A stretch of DNA of 28,818 nt from a virus (taxonomy: Duplodnaviria > Caudoviricetes): positions 1-28,818 of IMG/VR virus record IMGVR_UViG_3300022670_000171. One strand, 5' to 3'. Positions 6,966 through 16,465 of the stretch are shown here, one piece after another; within the stretch, counting starts at the first letter, position 1, and the number at the start of each line of letters is the position of its first letter. The notes beneath the pieces are model-generated. The model was not told the DNA's origin and did no database searches. It saw nothing but the letters and a program-made list of their open reading frames with translations. Made by a program: the position numbers and the translations under genes.

Positions 6966-7146
6966 GATCGGCCCAATCAATTCCGTACTTACCAAGCAGA
7001 TAGCCGTAATAAACAGCTCCGAACGTAACCTTAACCGCTTCGCCTGCGAAAAACCCCGGAGGCTGATCCCCTTCGGATTCAAATATCTTCAGAAAGTCTT
7101 TGTTCTTGTTTGCTGCTTTGTATAGCTTGCTTGCTTTAGGAGTCAT
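6958..7146 (-). CDS. Hypothetical protein
   Basis: GAGGTG RBS, tight packing in the leftward arm. Confidence 0.6.
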   Translation of the reverse strand: MTPKASKLYKAANKNKDFLKIFESEGDQPPGFFAGEAVKVTFGAVYYGYLLGKYGIDWADHV

Positions 7147-7279
7147 CTTCTCACCTCGTTATTATCTATCTAAAACCCATATCGCCAATGCTGCTATTGC
7201 TAACGTTGCTGCGGCTAGCTTCAAGGGCCAGGTGGGTCGCGTGGTTTGTTTGTTCATTGGTGTTCCCATGGTGGTAGTG

Positions 7280-7528
7280 TTATGAATACACAATCGTCTT
7301 ATGCTCACCAAAGGGCATCTCCCGAATGGGTTGGTTGTCAGTATCTAGGCGTAGCCAATTCAGAGTCGATACCATCTCTTTCTTGAATATCCACCAGCCT
7401 AGGTGATTGACCACAGTGACCTTGAGTATGCTGTCTTCAACATAGGCCTTGGTGTAGTTCTCGCCTAGACCAAAGGGTAGGCAGAATGCCTTGATACTCT
7501 TGAGTGTTTCATCACAATCTATTTGCAT
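7280..7528 (-). CDS. Hypothetical protein
   Basis: GAGGA RBS, same strand as neighbours. Confidence 0.55.
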   Translation of the reverse strand: MQIDCDETLKSIKAFCLPFGLGENYTKAYVEDSILKVTVVNHLGWWIFKKEMVSTLNWLRLDTDNQPIREMPFGEHKTIVYS

Positions 7529-7614
7529 TAGTCATTCCTCAAATAATTCATATCCGTATTCCTGTATTGAACTGTCCGGTCATTCCGGTTAGTTGCTGCT
7601 ATGTCGTATAGCAG

Positions 7615-7896
7615 CTATTGCATAGATTCCGCTAACTTATCCAGCTTCTCCATCAGCTTTTCAATAGCCTGCTTTTGCTGCTCTATAATTTCGATAGCGG
7701 GCATTCTGTCTACGGGCAAATCTGGGCGCTGTCGTAACACTGCATTACGGTTTCTCATATCCTCGAAGTTTGCTTTTAGTTGGTCAATCTCTTGTTGCTG
7801 CTTAACTGCGTACCAGTTGTCATGCTGGAAACAATCCGTTGATCGGCATCTTTCAATGTCGCCTCGAATACAGCATCCTTTACATTGATCGGTCAT
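7615..7896 (-). CDS. Hypothetical protein with Cys-rich N-terminus and coiled coil
   Basis: CKGCC...C...CFQH followed by LRQRPDLPVDR and heptad pattern. Confidence 0.65.
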   Translation of the reverse strand: MTDQCKGCCIRGDIERCRSTDCFQHDNWYAVKQQQEIDQLKANFEDMRNRNAVLRQRPDLPVDRMPAIEIIEQQKQAIEKLMEKLDKLAESMQ

Positions 7897-8102
7897 AATT
7901 TCCTCATCATCTTCAAAATGGCGCTGTCTGCAATGGTTGCGCTGCTGTTTGCCAGCGTTATTAGCCTATAAAATTCATCATCCGTATAGGTGTTCATCAG
8001 GTAAGGCATTGTGTCAAATACCGGCCCGTCAAGTGGGCACCATTTGTCAGGTATTATGATCATCATCCATCCCTCTACGCTGTATTAATGGTTGCTTATT
8101 GG

Positions 8103-8552
8103 TTATTCCTCTTTGCTCGGTGCGGGTAGCATTCCTTGTTTCTCGATATGTTCTATAACGCTTAATCCGCTTGGCAACATGATGTGAGACAGGAAGGCCG
8201 CTTCAAAGCTCAGTATGCCTATTTCAATGGCTGTTACCTGCCCTTTTACCCAGTCTCGTAGGATTGAATAAACGGCGATCGATCCTATCTCTAGCGCTTT
8301 GGATTCGTGGCTCTGCTTCGTGCCCCTGCGGCGAGTATTCCAAGGGTTTTCTTTCAGCCATGCGGCGGCATACCCTTTAGAGTTGGCCTTTAGGTTTACT
8401 AACCGGCTATGGTGTTCAAATTGAATGAACAGCTCCCCAGTGCTGAAGTCTTCACCGGTCGCGAACTTAGTGCACCCGAAGCCCTTAAGCATCTTCTGAA
8501 TGTCTTTTATGGCGTTCTGGCCGCTGCTAGCATTGCTGTATGGTAGTGCCAT
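8103..8552 (-). CDS. Hypothetical phage protein
   Basis: 149-aa ORF with AGGT RBS; LRDWVKGQVTAIEIGILSFEAAFLSHI motif. Confidence 0.75.
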   Translation of the reverse strand: MALPYSNASSGQNAIKDIQKMLKGFGCTKFATGEDFSTGELFIQFEHHSRLVNLKANSKGYAAAWLKENPWNTRRRGTKQSHESKALEIGSIAVYSILRDWVKGQVTAIEIGILSFEAAFLSHIMLPSGLSVIEHIEKQGMLPAPSKEE

Positions 8553-8708
8553 CTTATTTACCTATCCTCTTTGCTTTGTGCTTTCTGCGCTTGCCAGGGG
8601 TTGGCATACGCTGGTTAGGGGTGCTCATTATTACAGGCTCATCGAGCTTTACCGCGCGATAGGTTATTCCATCCGAACCAACCACCAGATCTCCAGCTGT
8701 GTACTCTT

Positions 8709-8993
8709 TCATTTCAATCCATCCTTATAATCACACCCGATTATCTTGCTGCCAGGTAGGTTCCTCTGCTCTGAATCCAGGAAGTAAGCTGCAATCCATA
8801 GAAATTCACTTAATGATTCTCTGCTATGAACGGTCGATCCTTGATCGGTTATCAATGCGAATTCGCTATTGTTTAGTCTTACTATCTCGATCTTTCTGTC
8901 TAACTTAGCAACCCCTAAGCTGTCGCCATCTTTGGTGTAAGTTGCGTGCTTGAACTCTTCACGGTCTGTCGGAAATTGAATTATATTATTCAT
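8709..8993 (-). CDS. Hypothetical protein
   Basis: GAGG RBS; MNNIIQFP start typical of small phage proteins. Confidence 0.6.
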   Translation of the reverse strand: MNNIIQFPTDREEFKHATYTKDGDSLGVAKLDRKIEIVRLNNSEFALITDQGSTVHSRESLSEFLWIAAYFLDSEQRNLPGSKIIGCDYKDGLK

Positions 8994-9042
8994 ACCAACC
9001 TCTCTATTATTTTAACGAATCATGTAGCCCGTCTAGCGGGGG

Positions 9043-9570
9043 TTAAACAATAGCGGCGTACTTTCCTGGCTCCCAGCACTGAGGCGGAAGTTCTAGAATC
9101 GCCTTGTTTATCTTGTTAACTAGATCGTCAATTTCTTTTGGAAGCTCTGCGCCTTCGTGCAACGATTCAAGAAAATACTCTTCTTCTAAAAACGGAAATG
9201 CTACCGGCTTGCAAATCACAAGGTTTAAGGACTCAATCGAGCATTCGTTCTCTTCGACGTAATCGTTGACGGCATCCATGTTGAAGAAATATTCATCACC
9301 GTCATTCATACATAATGGGCTTTCACCGTCCCACTCTTTGCGCTCTAACGCTGCAAACTTTTCGATGCTTTTCTTATTAGCGCAGGGAACGCACCATGAT
9401 TGCTTAGCGCGCACCGTCCCGCATTCCGTACACTCTGTATGAGTGCTTCCTGCGTATCTTGCGAGGCTTTCATTATCTCCGAAAAACTGCCCGTCTCTAG
9501 TAACCCAGCCGCTAATGTTCTCGACATGCTTTGCCGCTTCATCGGATGTGTTTAATATAATTTTGCTCAT
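9043..9570 (-). CDS. Hypothetical phage protein with CxxC..CxxC Zn-finger-like motif
   Basis: GWVTRDGQFFG...ARYAGSTHTECTECG...WCVPC; TAATG coupled to the P-like gene. Confidence 0.75.
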   Translation of the reverse strand: MSKIILNTSDEAAKHVENISGWVTRDGQFFGDNESLARYAGSTHTECTECGTVRAKQSWCVPCANKKSIEKFAALERKEWDGESPLCMNDGDEYFFNMDAVNDYVEENECSIESLNLVICKPVAFPFLEEEYFLESLHEGAELPKEIDDLVNKINKAILELPPQCWEPGKYAAIV

Positions 9571-10277
9571 TACTTCAACCCCTTCAATAGTTCGCTGCAT
9601 GTGTTCTTTGCTAAATCCTTCTTTCCGTAATGACTGACGCCGCTAGGGTTAGGCTTCTCTTCTAGCTGGCGTTCTGGTGGCGCGCATCCTCGGATAACTT
9701 CGCCGGTCAATGCTCGATCAACAACGGTCATATAGATTTTTGTGAAGGCTTCTTTTTGCTCATCAACCCCGTTTCTATCGGTGCGTAGCAAATTGTAGTT
9801 CATTAGATCGAACATGGAGTCCTTCAGCACGTTGTAGATATACGGGTGTAATCGCCACGGCTCTCGGCGCTCTAGTGGGATTTGTAAATAACCTTGCAGT
9901 GTCTTGAACGCCTTTGCTGTTTCTGGCGCGCCTGAGCGTTGTAGAGCGGCTTTCTTGTAGAACTTGATGAATGACCCGACTGTTGGGAAAAAAGCGTCTC
10001 CTGACAGTTTGAGGAGTTCGACGGCCTCGTTAATCAATTGCTGATCGTTGATGTTGCTGGACATGAAAGACTTCAACCATTCAGGTTTAATCGCGTTCAA
10101 TGCGTCCTGGCTGGTATAGGCCTGTTTCCATGCTGGGCAGTTGGCCTCTAATCGGATGAATAGTTTGTTCATGACTATCTTGGATTGTTTCTGCTCCTCC
10201 CTCGAATATGTCGTGTCCCCAGTCTGTGCTGTTGTGGTCGATTGCCGGTTGTTGATTAGTGCGTTGATGTGTTGCAT
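9570..10277 (-). CDS. Replication protein P-like (helicase loader)
   Basis: NKLFIRLEANCPAW...KPEWLKSF...FFPTVGSFI resembles lambda P family; follows the initiator. Confidence 0.75.
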   Translation of the reverse strand: MQHINALINNRQSTTTAQTGDTTYSREEQKQSKIVMNKLFIRLEANCPAWKQAYTSQDALNAIKPEWLKSFMSSNINDQQLINEAVELLKLSGDAFFPTVGSFIKFYKKAALQRSGAPETAKAFKTLQGYLQIPLERREPWRLHPYIYNVLKDSMFDLMNYNLLRTDRNGVDEQKEAFTKIYMTVVDRALTGEVIRGCAPPERQLEEKPNPSGVSHYGKKDLAKNTCSELLKGLK

Positions 10278-10971
10278 TTGGCGCTCCTATAACTTCGTCT
10301 TCCCAAGATTTATTCAACAGGTACTTGGCTGGGCCTGGTATGAAGTGCTTGTTGGACAAGTCCCAACCACCCGATGCAACCCGCTGCTCGATGTTGATGA
10401 TGATCGTGTCTAGCATTTCGTCTGCTTGTGCCGGTTGCTTCCCCCTGAATATCAGCCCGAACTTATCGCTAGCTTTTTTCTTATCAACCTTTTTTGGATA
10501 GGCTGAATAGAAGAAATCGAACAGTCGATCAACGTCAGTTTGATCAATGGTTTTTATTACATTCTTTCCTTCTTTCTTTCTTACATTCTTTGTTTGTCGT
10601 TGGCCTTCCGTTGGCGTTCCGTTGATGCTCCGTTGGTCTTCCGTTGATGTTCCGTTAGGCTCTGTTTCGTTTATGTCGTAAACACTTGAATCTAAAAGCT
10701 TTGCGACCGTACCTTGATCCGTTAGGTTTCTGGCCTTTTTGAACTCAGCCATGTTCCATTTCTGGAGGTTTTTTTTCACTGTTCGGTACTGTTGTTCGGT
10801 TAATCCAAGCCCTTTATGGCCTACAAAACACTCGCCTATTTCGAGCCCTGTAAGCTTGCATGGCGTCCTTCGCGCCCTTCTTGCGATAACATTTAACACA
10901 TGATTTGCCAGCGGGTTTTTATCAAGGAACGCGGCTTCATCGCTTCTCATTGCTTTAACGAAACCGACCAT
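10087..10971 (-). CDS. Phage replication initiator (O-like); the true stop region overlaps the P-like gene
   Basis: N-terminal wHTH-like region, internal iterons, C-terminal FDFFYSAYPKKVDKKKA...FIPGPAKYLLNKSWEDE. Confidence 0.85.
   Translation of the reverse strand: MVGFVKAMRSDEAAFLDKNPLANHVLNVIARRARRTPCKLTGLEIGECFVGHKGLGLTEQQYRTVKKNLQKWNMAEFKKARNLTDQGTVAKLLDSSVYDINETEPNGTSTEDQRSINGTPTEGQRQTKNVRKKEGKNVIKTIDQTDVDRLFDFFYSAYPKKVDKKKASDKFGLIFRGKQPAQADEMLDTIIINIEQRVASGGWDLSNKHFIPGPAKYLLNKSWEDEVIGAPNATHQRTNQQPAIDHNSTDWGHDIFEGGAETIQDSHEQTIHPIRGQLPSMETGLYQPGRIERD
10550..10660. repeat. Replication origin: six 11-bp iterons (consensus TTCCGTTGRYG) plus adjacent purine-skewed AT-rich tract
   Basis: Tandem units at 10595, 10606, 10617, 10628, 10639 and 10650 inside the initiator gene, as in lambdoid ori. 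Confidence 0.8.
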
Positions 10972-10974
10972 GAC

Positions 10975-11151
10975 CTACCCCTTAACATCGGCCTTGATCG
11001 CCGCAGCCTCAATGCTCTCTAGCTCAGCCTCTGCGATTAGCACCATGGAAGGACGGTCACGATGCGATATCCGAACACGCCCAGTCTTGGTTACTTCGTT
11101 ATATGCTTTAGGTGAATCTAGTCGCAGTTGTGATGATGTAATTGTTTTCAT
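10975..11151 (-). CDS. 58-aa Phd/YefM-like DNA-binding protein (absent from the ORF track)
   Basis: MKTITSSQLRLDSPKAYNEVTKTGRVRISHRDRPSMVLIAEAELE matches the Phd/YefM N-terminal pattern; GAGGG RBS. Confidence 0.7.
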   Translation of the reverse strand: MKTITSSQLRLDSPKAYNEVTKTGRVRISHRDRPSMVLIAEAELESIEAAAIKADVKG

Positions 11152-11163
11152 TTTATTCCCTCT

Positions 11164-11457
11164 TTAAATCGCACCAACAATAAGTTTACCTTTAGGAATT
11201 AGAGACATAATTTCGTCAAAGCTAGGTGGCTCTGCTCCATTCATTATTTCATCCTTTATGCCTTCGAAATTCATACCAAATTCATGAGTAAAAACCGGCC
11301 TACCAATCGTCTTTTCTACTGCCTCATGGAATATCTCAAAAGGCATACACATCTTCTCTTGATTAATCTGGAATTCAGCTATCTCTTTGCTGCTCATACC
11401 TTCGTATGATTTTGACTCAGCAAACGAAATTGCCTGTTCTTTTGTTAGTTGCTTCAT
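11164..11457 (-). CDS. Hypothetical phage protein
   Basis: CMPFEIFHEAVEKTIGRPVFTHEF motif; first gene after extended -10 TGATATAGT at 11493-11501. Confidence 0.75.
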   Translation of the reverse strand: MKQLTKEQAISFAESKSYEGMSSKEIAEFQINQEKMCMPFEIFHEAVEKTIGRPVFTHEFGMNFEGIKDEIMNGAEPPSFDEIMSLIPKGKLIVGAI

Positions 11458-11567
11458 AACTTCCGATCCTTGTGCCGATATCTAGTTTGTTAACTATATC
11501 AACATAGCCGACCAAATAAAAGGAGCCGTATAGACCCTTTTGTTATAAGTAAGATGGTTTTAATTGC

Positions 11568-11780
11568 TTATTCCGGTAGCTCCATCCATTCGGTAATTTT
11601 AGTGGCTAAAATCTTCAGGTCGTCGGTGTGATCAAAATGGTATGGTTCATACCATACACAGCCTTCAAGGCCATCGCCTTCGGCATCAAGCATGTAGGTT
11701 ATGTGCTGCACAGTCGAACCTACCCTTATAAGCACCGGCACTCCATATGGTGGTAATTTGTCTTTAATCCATTCACTCAT
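11568..11780 (-). CDS. DUF551-like protein
   Basis: MSEWIKDKLPP...ITEWMELPE. Confidence 0.75.
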   Translation of the reverse strand: MSEWIKDKLPPYGVPVLIRVGSTVQHITYMLDAEGDGLEGCVWYEPYHFDHTDDLKILATKITEWMELPE

Positions 11781-11826
11781 AATTCTACCCTTCGTTGCTG
11801 TTTGATTAAGCGTGATTGTCACAAAA

Positions 11827-12069
11827 TTAGAAATACGCTTTCGTGATTGGTACGTGGTTCTGAACCAGCCAGATCATAAACTCAGTCCGATCCTCGAAAC
11901 CTTCGGGCTCTGCCTTTTCGTCCAGCATGGCGCGTTCGCCTCGTGAGACTTTGCCGATCCAAGGTTTCATACCAAGCTTCTCCTCGCGCGCAATCTGCTT
12001 CTGCTTACGCTCCTTAGCCTTGCGCCGCTTCGTCTCTTCCTTGGTCTCTGGTGCGTTCTCAGTGGTCAT
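11827..12069 (-). CDS. Small basic protein, possible RHH-like regulator
   Basis: KAKERKQKQ...LGMK...ERAMLDE...RTEFMIWLV pattern. Confidence 0.5.
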   Translation of the reverse strand: MTTENAPETKEETKRRKAKERKQKQIAREEKLGMKPWIGKVSRGERAMLDEKAEPEGFEDRTEFMIWLVQNHVPITKAYF

Positions 12070-12257
12070 TGTCCGGCTTCCTTTTCAACGTATTTAGCCA
12101 GAGCCTCGATAATCCTTTTTGCCCGGTTAGGATTGATTGCCAGAATGTTAATCCCCATCTCTCTATGAGAAATGCGCAGGTGATCGCCGCATCCGTCTCT
12201 GCAAACAGAGACGGTTTCATAACCTTCTGTAATATGGATGTCTTTGCTATCGCTCAT
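12066..12257 (-). CDS. Hypothetical protein starting MSDSKD
   Basis: ATG at 12257; shares a 19-bp 5' repeat with the upstream gene. Confidence 0.55.
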   Translation of the reverse strand: MSDSKDIHITEGYETVSVCRDGCGDHLRISHREMGINILAINPNRAKRIIEALAKYVEKEAGQ

Positions 12258-12507
12258 TCTCTCGCTCCTCACCATTGTCCATAAATACCAACTCGCCGCC
12301 CGTGCAGCCCTCGACATTATCAGCAATCTTTTTTGCTTCTTTGCGCGCCGCTTCTAGGCCTGCAAGAAAAGATCTGTAATCGCTTTTGCATCTGTTGGTT
12401 AAGTAGCAGTCATTCTCGTCTCTTCGTAGGTAGTGAGACTTAAGTGTCTCGTTATAACCTGACCCATACCACGCTTCAAACAGCTCTCGGTCTTTGCTAT
12501 CGCTCAT
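12247..12507 (-). CDS. Hypothetical protein MSDSKDRELFEAWY...
   Basis: GGAG RBS and ATGA overlap with the YopX stop. Confidence 0.65.
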   Translation of the reverse strand: MSDSKDRELFEAWYGSGYNETLKSHYLRRDENDCYLTNRCKSDYRSFLAGLEAARKEAKKIADNVEGCTGGELVFMDNGEERENER

Positions 12508-12887
12508 TTTCTTTGCTCCAGTAGCTCAGGGTTTTGGTGGATTGTCCCGATGATTCGCGCCCCGTCTTCGATGTGTTGAGGAGTTATTTCCCAACCGTTA
12601 AAATCTCTATCAACAGTAAAAGATATTTCAGTGTTATGAAATTCTCCGTCTATTGGTAAACTCACGATATCCCCCTCGTAAATCACTCCACCAATGCAGT
12701 CTTTGAGGCCGGTGTATTGGCCAAGGGTTTCGATATCAATTTCAATCTGATCGCCGTCACCAAAAATAATACATGGCGCGTCGACTCCCGAATGGATAAA
12801 GCAGCCGAAAACGAAATCACCAGCCTTGATGCCGTTATGCTTATCGTTTACGATTGCGCGACCTCGAAACTTAATCTGTCTGCTTAT
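12504..12887 (-). CDS. YopX-family protein; the expected start position reads ATA
   Basis: RQIKFRG...ETLGQYTGLKD...IYEGDIV...IIGTIHQNPELLE. Confidence 0.8.
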   Translation of the reverse strand: MSRQIKFRGRAIVNDKHNGIKAGDFVFGCFIHSGVDAPCIIFGDGDQIEIDIETLGQYTGLKDCIGGVIYEGDIVSLPIDGEFHNTEISFTVDRDFNGWEITPQHIEDGARIIGTIHQNPELLEQRK

Positions 12888-13230
12888 GACGTAGCCCCTT
12901 TTATTACTCGATAGCGGATGATGTCCCCACAACGGCCATCGCTTGACCAATCCATGAAATTAGAACTGTAAACCATCTCTTGATCGTCACGAAAAACAAG
13001 CTCTACCTCATTACCCGGCACCGGATTATCGCCGCCGCTCCATTCAATCCAGCCATCATCGCACTCCACCTCGCCTAGCTTAGCCTGGGTCAGTAGAGCT
13101 TCGTGGTGTTCGACCGTCATTAGAACCATGCTGCCTAGGTTGCGGTGCGTTAGCTCCACCATGCCGTGCTTAGCGACAGCTTTCCACGTTGCTGCTACGT
13201 CATCGCGGTGTTCGGTTACTGCGATAGTTT

Positions 13231-13234
<4 letters not shown>
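12884..13234 (-). CDS. Phd/YefM-like N-terminal domain fused to a phage WIEWSGG...DIIRYRV domain
   Basis: MKTIAVTEHRDDVAATWKAVAKHGMVELTHRNLGSMVLMTVEHHEAL; ATGA-coupled to the poly-Ala gene. Confidence 0.65.
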
Positions 13235-13929
<695 letters not shown>

Positions 13930-13956
13930 TTTCTAATCCTCGTTGAGTGATGCCTA

Positions 13957-13984
13957 ACTATACCTGAACCGTACACCATGTACA
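13957..13984 (-). promoter_or_regulatory. Promoter (TGTACA-16-TATAGT) overlapped by palindrome GTACA-N3-TGTAC
   Basis: -10 at 13957-13962; palindrome at 13971-13983; lies just after a terminator. Confidence 0.6.
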
Positions 13985-14002
13985 GTTAAACATGCAGGCA
14001 AT

Positions 14003-14025
14003 AAAAAGCCCCTGTGAAGAGGCTT
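14003..14025 (-). terminator. Rho-independent terminator
   Basis: AAGCCTCT-TCAC-AGGGGCTT followed by TTT on the minus strand. Confidence 0.75.
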
Positions 14026-14047
14026 GTCGGTTCGCTTCTTAGTCTTG

Positions 14048-14302
14048 CTATGTTAGACCCTTTGTTTTCTCCATACGAATCTCTAGTTCTTTCGATGCCT
14101 CGCCAAGCAGGGTGATGTGATTACGCAAGTGGTGCTGCAGCTTTTCTATTGCGTCGGCCTCTGTTCTTCCCGTGCCTGTTATAACATGCTTAGAGATATG
14201 AACCTCTGCAGACCACCCACATATATCAAACGCCGTATCGTGCGAGGTTATTATTTTCATGTCTCGTTTCCCTTGTTTAGCGTATTGATAAGATTGGCGC
14301 AA
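14048..14302 (-). CDS. Hypothetical protein (start may be internal MKIITS)
   Basis: ORF in the leftward arm. Confidence 0.5.
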   Translation of the reverse strand: MRQSYQYAKQGKRDMKIITSHDTAFDICGWSAEVHISKHVITGTGRTEADAIEKLQHHLRNHITLLGEASKELEIRMEKTKGLT

Positions 14303-14432
14303 TGTTCATCATGATCATTGGGATGAGCAAAGAACCCTTCCTTCTTCTTTACTGTCAGCTTAATCTCGCCGGACTGAATACCGGTGAGTTTTCCATCCCC
14401 GCAGTACATTAACTTAAAATCGCTCATTGGTT

Positions 14433-14738
14433 TTACTCCTCAGAATATCCGGTTTTATCGTAGGCAGACCAATCATCACCGCCTGGAATGTCAGCTTCAA
14501 TCACAGCAAGAGCCTGAATCAATACGGATGCGTTATGGACTAGATCTCTCTTATCATTGTTGCTTCTTTCGTCACGTAAGCCGCCCTTGAAGCACACAGT
14601 ATATTTATCTTGCTCTATAGCCCGTCCTTCACCGTTATTTTCTCCGCAGCAGAAGAATGATTCTTTGTTGTCAGATACTATATTAGCAAGAGCTATACAG
14701 GTCGTTAGTCCTCTAGGGCAGTCATAAGGAATACGCAT
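14433..14738 (-). CDS. Hypothetical protein
   Basis: TAATG-coupled to the DUF551 gene. Confidence 0.65.
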   Translation of the reverse strand: MRIPYDCPRGLTTCIALANIVSDNKESFFCCGENNGEGRAIEQDKYTVCFKGGLRDERSNNDKRDLVHNASVLIQALAVIEADIPGGDDWSAYDKTGYSEE

Positions 14739-14971
14739 TATTCAATATCCTGTGGTGGTGAAGGGAGTGGCATCCAGTGGGTTATCTTATCTATCCATTC
14801 TTTGCTTTCTGCTGGACAGTCTGTATACCATGTCTCGTCTAGACGATTATAGAATGCAGCAACGACACATCTCGAGCTATTCGTTACCAACTGCATACCG
14901 CTGAAGTCTGCTAATGGTTTCGCCCACTTGTCATCTGGCAATCGATCAGAACATTTAATCCATTCGCTCAT
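14738..14971 (-). CDS. DUF551-family protein
   Basis: MSEWIKCSDRLP...ITHWMPLPSPP. Confidence 0.88.
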   Translation of the reverse strand: MSEWIKCSDRLPDDKWAKPLADFSGMQLVTNSSRCVVAAFYNRLDETWYTDCPAESKEWIDKITHWMPLPSPPQDIE

Positions 14972-14989
14972 TACTACTTACCCCTAAAG

Positions 14990-15280
14990 TTAGAGCGCCG
15001 TGGTGACGCTAATTAATTTCGCCTGTTCGGTGATAGCCTCATCACCAGCAATGCGACGACCTCCCCAGTATTGAATATATGCTTGCCTATCATTGCCGTG
15101 ACCGCAGCAGGCATTCATAACAGGACCGGAAAGTGTACCGAGGCAGCCGTCATGTCCTTCTTTGGTTGGGACTTTCTTGCACTTTTCACAAACTCCAAAC
15201 TGCCCGCTGCCCGCATCTTCACTTGTGTAATATTTCGTATTAGCCATATAACCCACCGGTGAAGATACTGATCTAATCAA
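14990..15280 (-). CDS. Cys/His-rich hypothetical phage protein
   Basis: CEKC..PTKEGHDGCLGTL.G.VMNACCGHG motif. Confidence 0.7.
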   Translation of the reverse strand: MIRSVSSPVGYMANTKYYTSEDAGSGQFGVCEKCKKVPTKEGHDGCLGTLSGPVMNACCGHGNDRQAYIQYWGGRRIAGDEAITEQAKLISVTTAL

Positions 15281-15631
15281 CTAGCCGCGCTGCTGGCTAT
15301 AATTCTGTTGGGATTGCTGCTGATAGCTGTTGTGATGTCCGCTTTGTTGTTGCTGTTGCTGAGGGGCATTCTGTTGCGGGTTGTTCTGCTGATTAGCCTG
15401 ACCGTTGCTTGCTTGCTGAGGCTCAAAGCAGCTAACGATGATCGAGTCTTTGTCTGGATCTGTTTGCACTCCGGCAGGGTTGAACGTCTTCTTTAGAATA
15501 ATGAACTGCCCGTTATCACCCTGCATAACTGAGCCGATATTTTCATACCGATTCTTTAGCTCGCCTTGGCCGTTAGTGTAGGAGCCTGTCTTTACTGCTA
15601 GATCGTATAATTTATTAGCCATCTTGTTCAC
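15281..15631 (-). CDS. Putative single-stranded DNA-binding protein
   Basis: YDLAVKTGSYT..GELKNRYENIG small OB-like core plus Q/N-rich tail; in the recombination module. Confidence 0.6.
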   Translation of the reverse strand: MNKMANKLYDLAVKTGSYTNGQGELKNRYENIGSVMQGDNGQFIILKKTFNPAGVQTDPDKDSIIVSCFEPQQASNGQANQQNNPQQNAPQQQQQQSGHHNSYQQQSQQNYSQQRG

Positions 15632-15647
15632 CTGTTTGTTTGGTTTA

Positions 15648-15881
15648 TTAAAAGTCGCCTAAAGGGGCGAATTGTTTTAAGTTATTAATTAATTCCTCGC
15701 ACTCTTTTATCTCGTTCTCGTGCATCGTAGCTATATAGGTATTTTTCTTTGTTGTGCGCCCTAAAGATGAATCATGAATTGCCAGCAACTCTGCTGCGTT
15801 TTCCTTAGCGTCATACAGGGCTGCTTTGATTCTGCCAATAACCGTTAGCTCAATAGAACACGTAACCGGACTACCGCTCAT
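15648..15881 (-). CDS. Hypothetical protein
   Basis: AAGGTGA RBS. Confidence 0.6.
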   Translation of the reverse strand: MSGSPVTCSIELTVIGRIKAALYDAKENAAELLAIHDSSLGRTTKKNTYIATMHENEIKECEELINNLKQFAPLGDF

Positions 15882-15891
15882 ATCATCACCT

Positions 15892-16434
15892 TTAATTAAA
15901 CATAGTTATCAATAAGACCTTAGCTCGATCTTCTTGTGTTAATCCGTGGTTTTTGTGATAGCCAAACTTATTTTCTGCTGACTTCCTGGCGCAAATCGCC
16001 TCGAATTTGTCGTCGAACAGGCCTAGATGAACCTGCTTCCCTAAATCTTTAATATAAGCCCTCCATTTTCTTTTTGCGTTATTCCAGTAGATTCCGGTAA
16101 CACCAGAAGAGTTTGTCGCCCTAATTTTCTGGTTCTTGAGATTCTCGGAATGAGAAGCTGATCGCAAATTCACTATTCTGTTGTCTATTCTAACGCCATT
16201 GATGTGGTCGATATTAGCAAGCGGGAACTTTCCGTGCGTGAACATCCACGCCAATCTGTGAGCCTTGTAAGATTTTCTATCGATCTGTATTAGGATATAT
16301 CCACTCGGATTAACCGATCCTGCAACTGATCCAGAAATAGCGCTTGGCCCGCGGGTGATTCGGTTTGTGAAGATGCCAGTATCAGAATTGTACGAAAGGA
16401 TTTCTTTCAATCGTTCTTGGGTGATGTCGCGCAT
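15892..16434 (-). CDS. HNH homing endonuclease with C-terminal AP2-like domain
   Basis: AHRLAW...IDHINGVRIDNRIVNLR (HNH_3); NSSGVTGIYW...WRAYI...HLGLFD..EAI.AR..AE. Confidence 0.93.
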   Translation of the reverse strand: MRDITQERLKEILSYNSDTGIFTNRITRGPSAISGSVAGSVNPSGYILIQIDRKSYKAHRLAWMFTHGKFPLANIDHINGVRIDNRIVNLRSASHSENLKNQKIRATNSSGVTGIYWNNAKRKWRAYIKDLGKQVHLGLFDDKFEAICARKSAENKFGYHKNHGLTQEDRAKVLLITMFN

Positions 16435-16465
16435 TACATTCTCCAATGTAAAGACTCAAGAAGAT

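Noticed and set aside
10595-10660. Tandem repeats as a mini CRISPR array
   Set aside because: 11-bp units with no spacers inside the initiator gene; these fit iterons.
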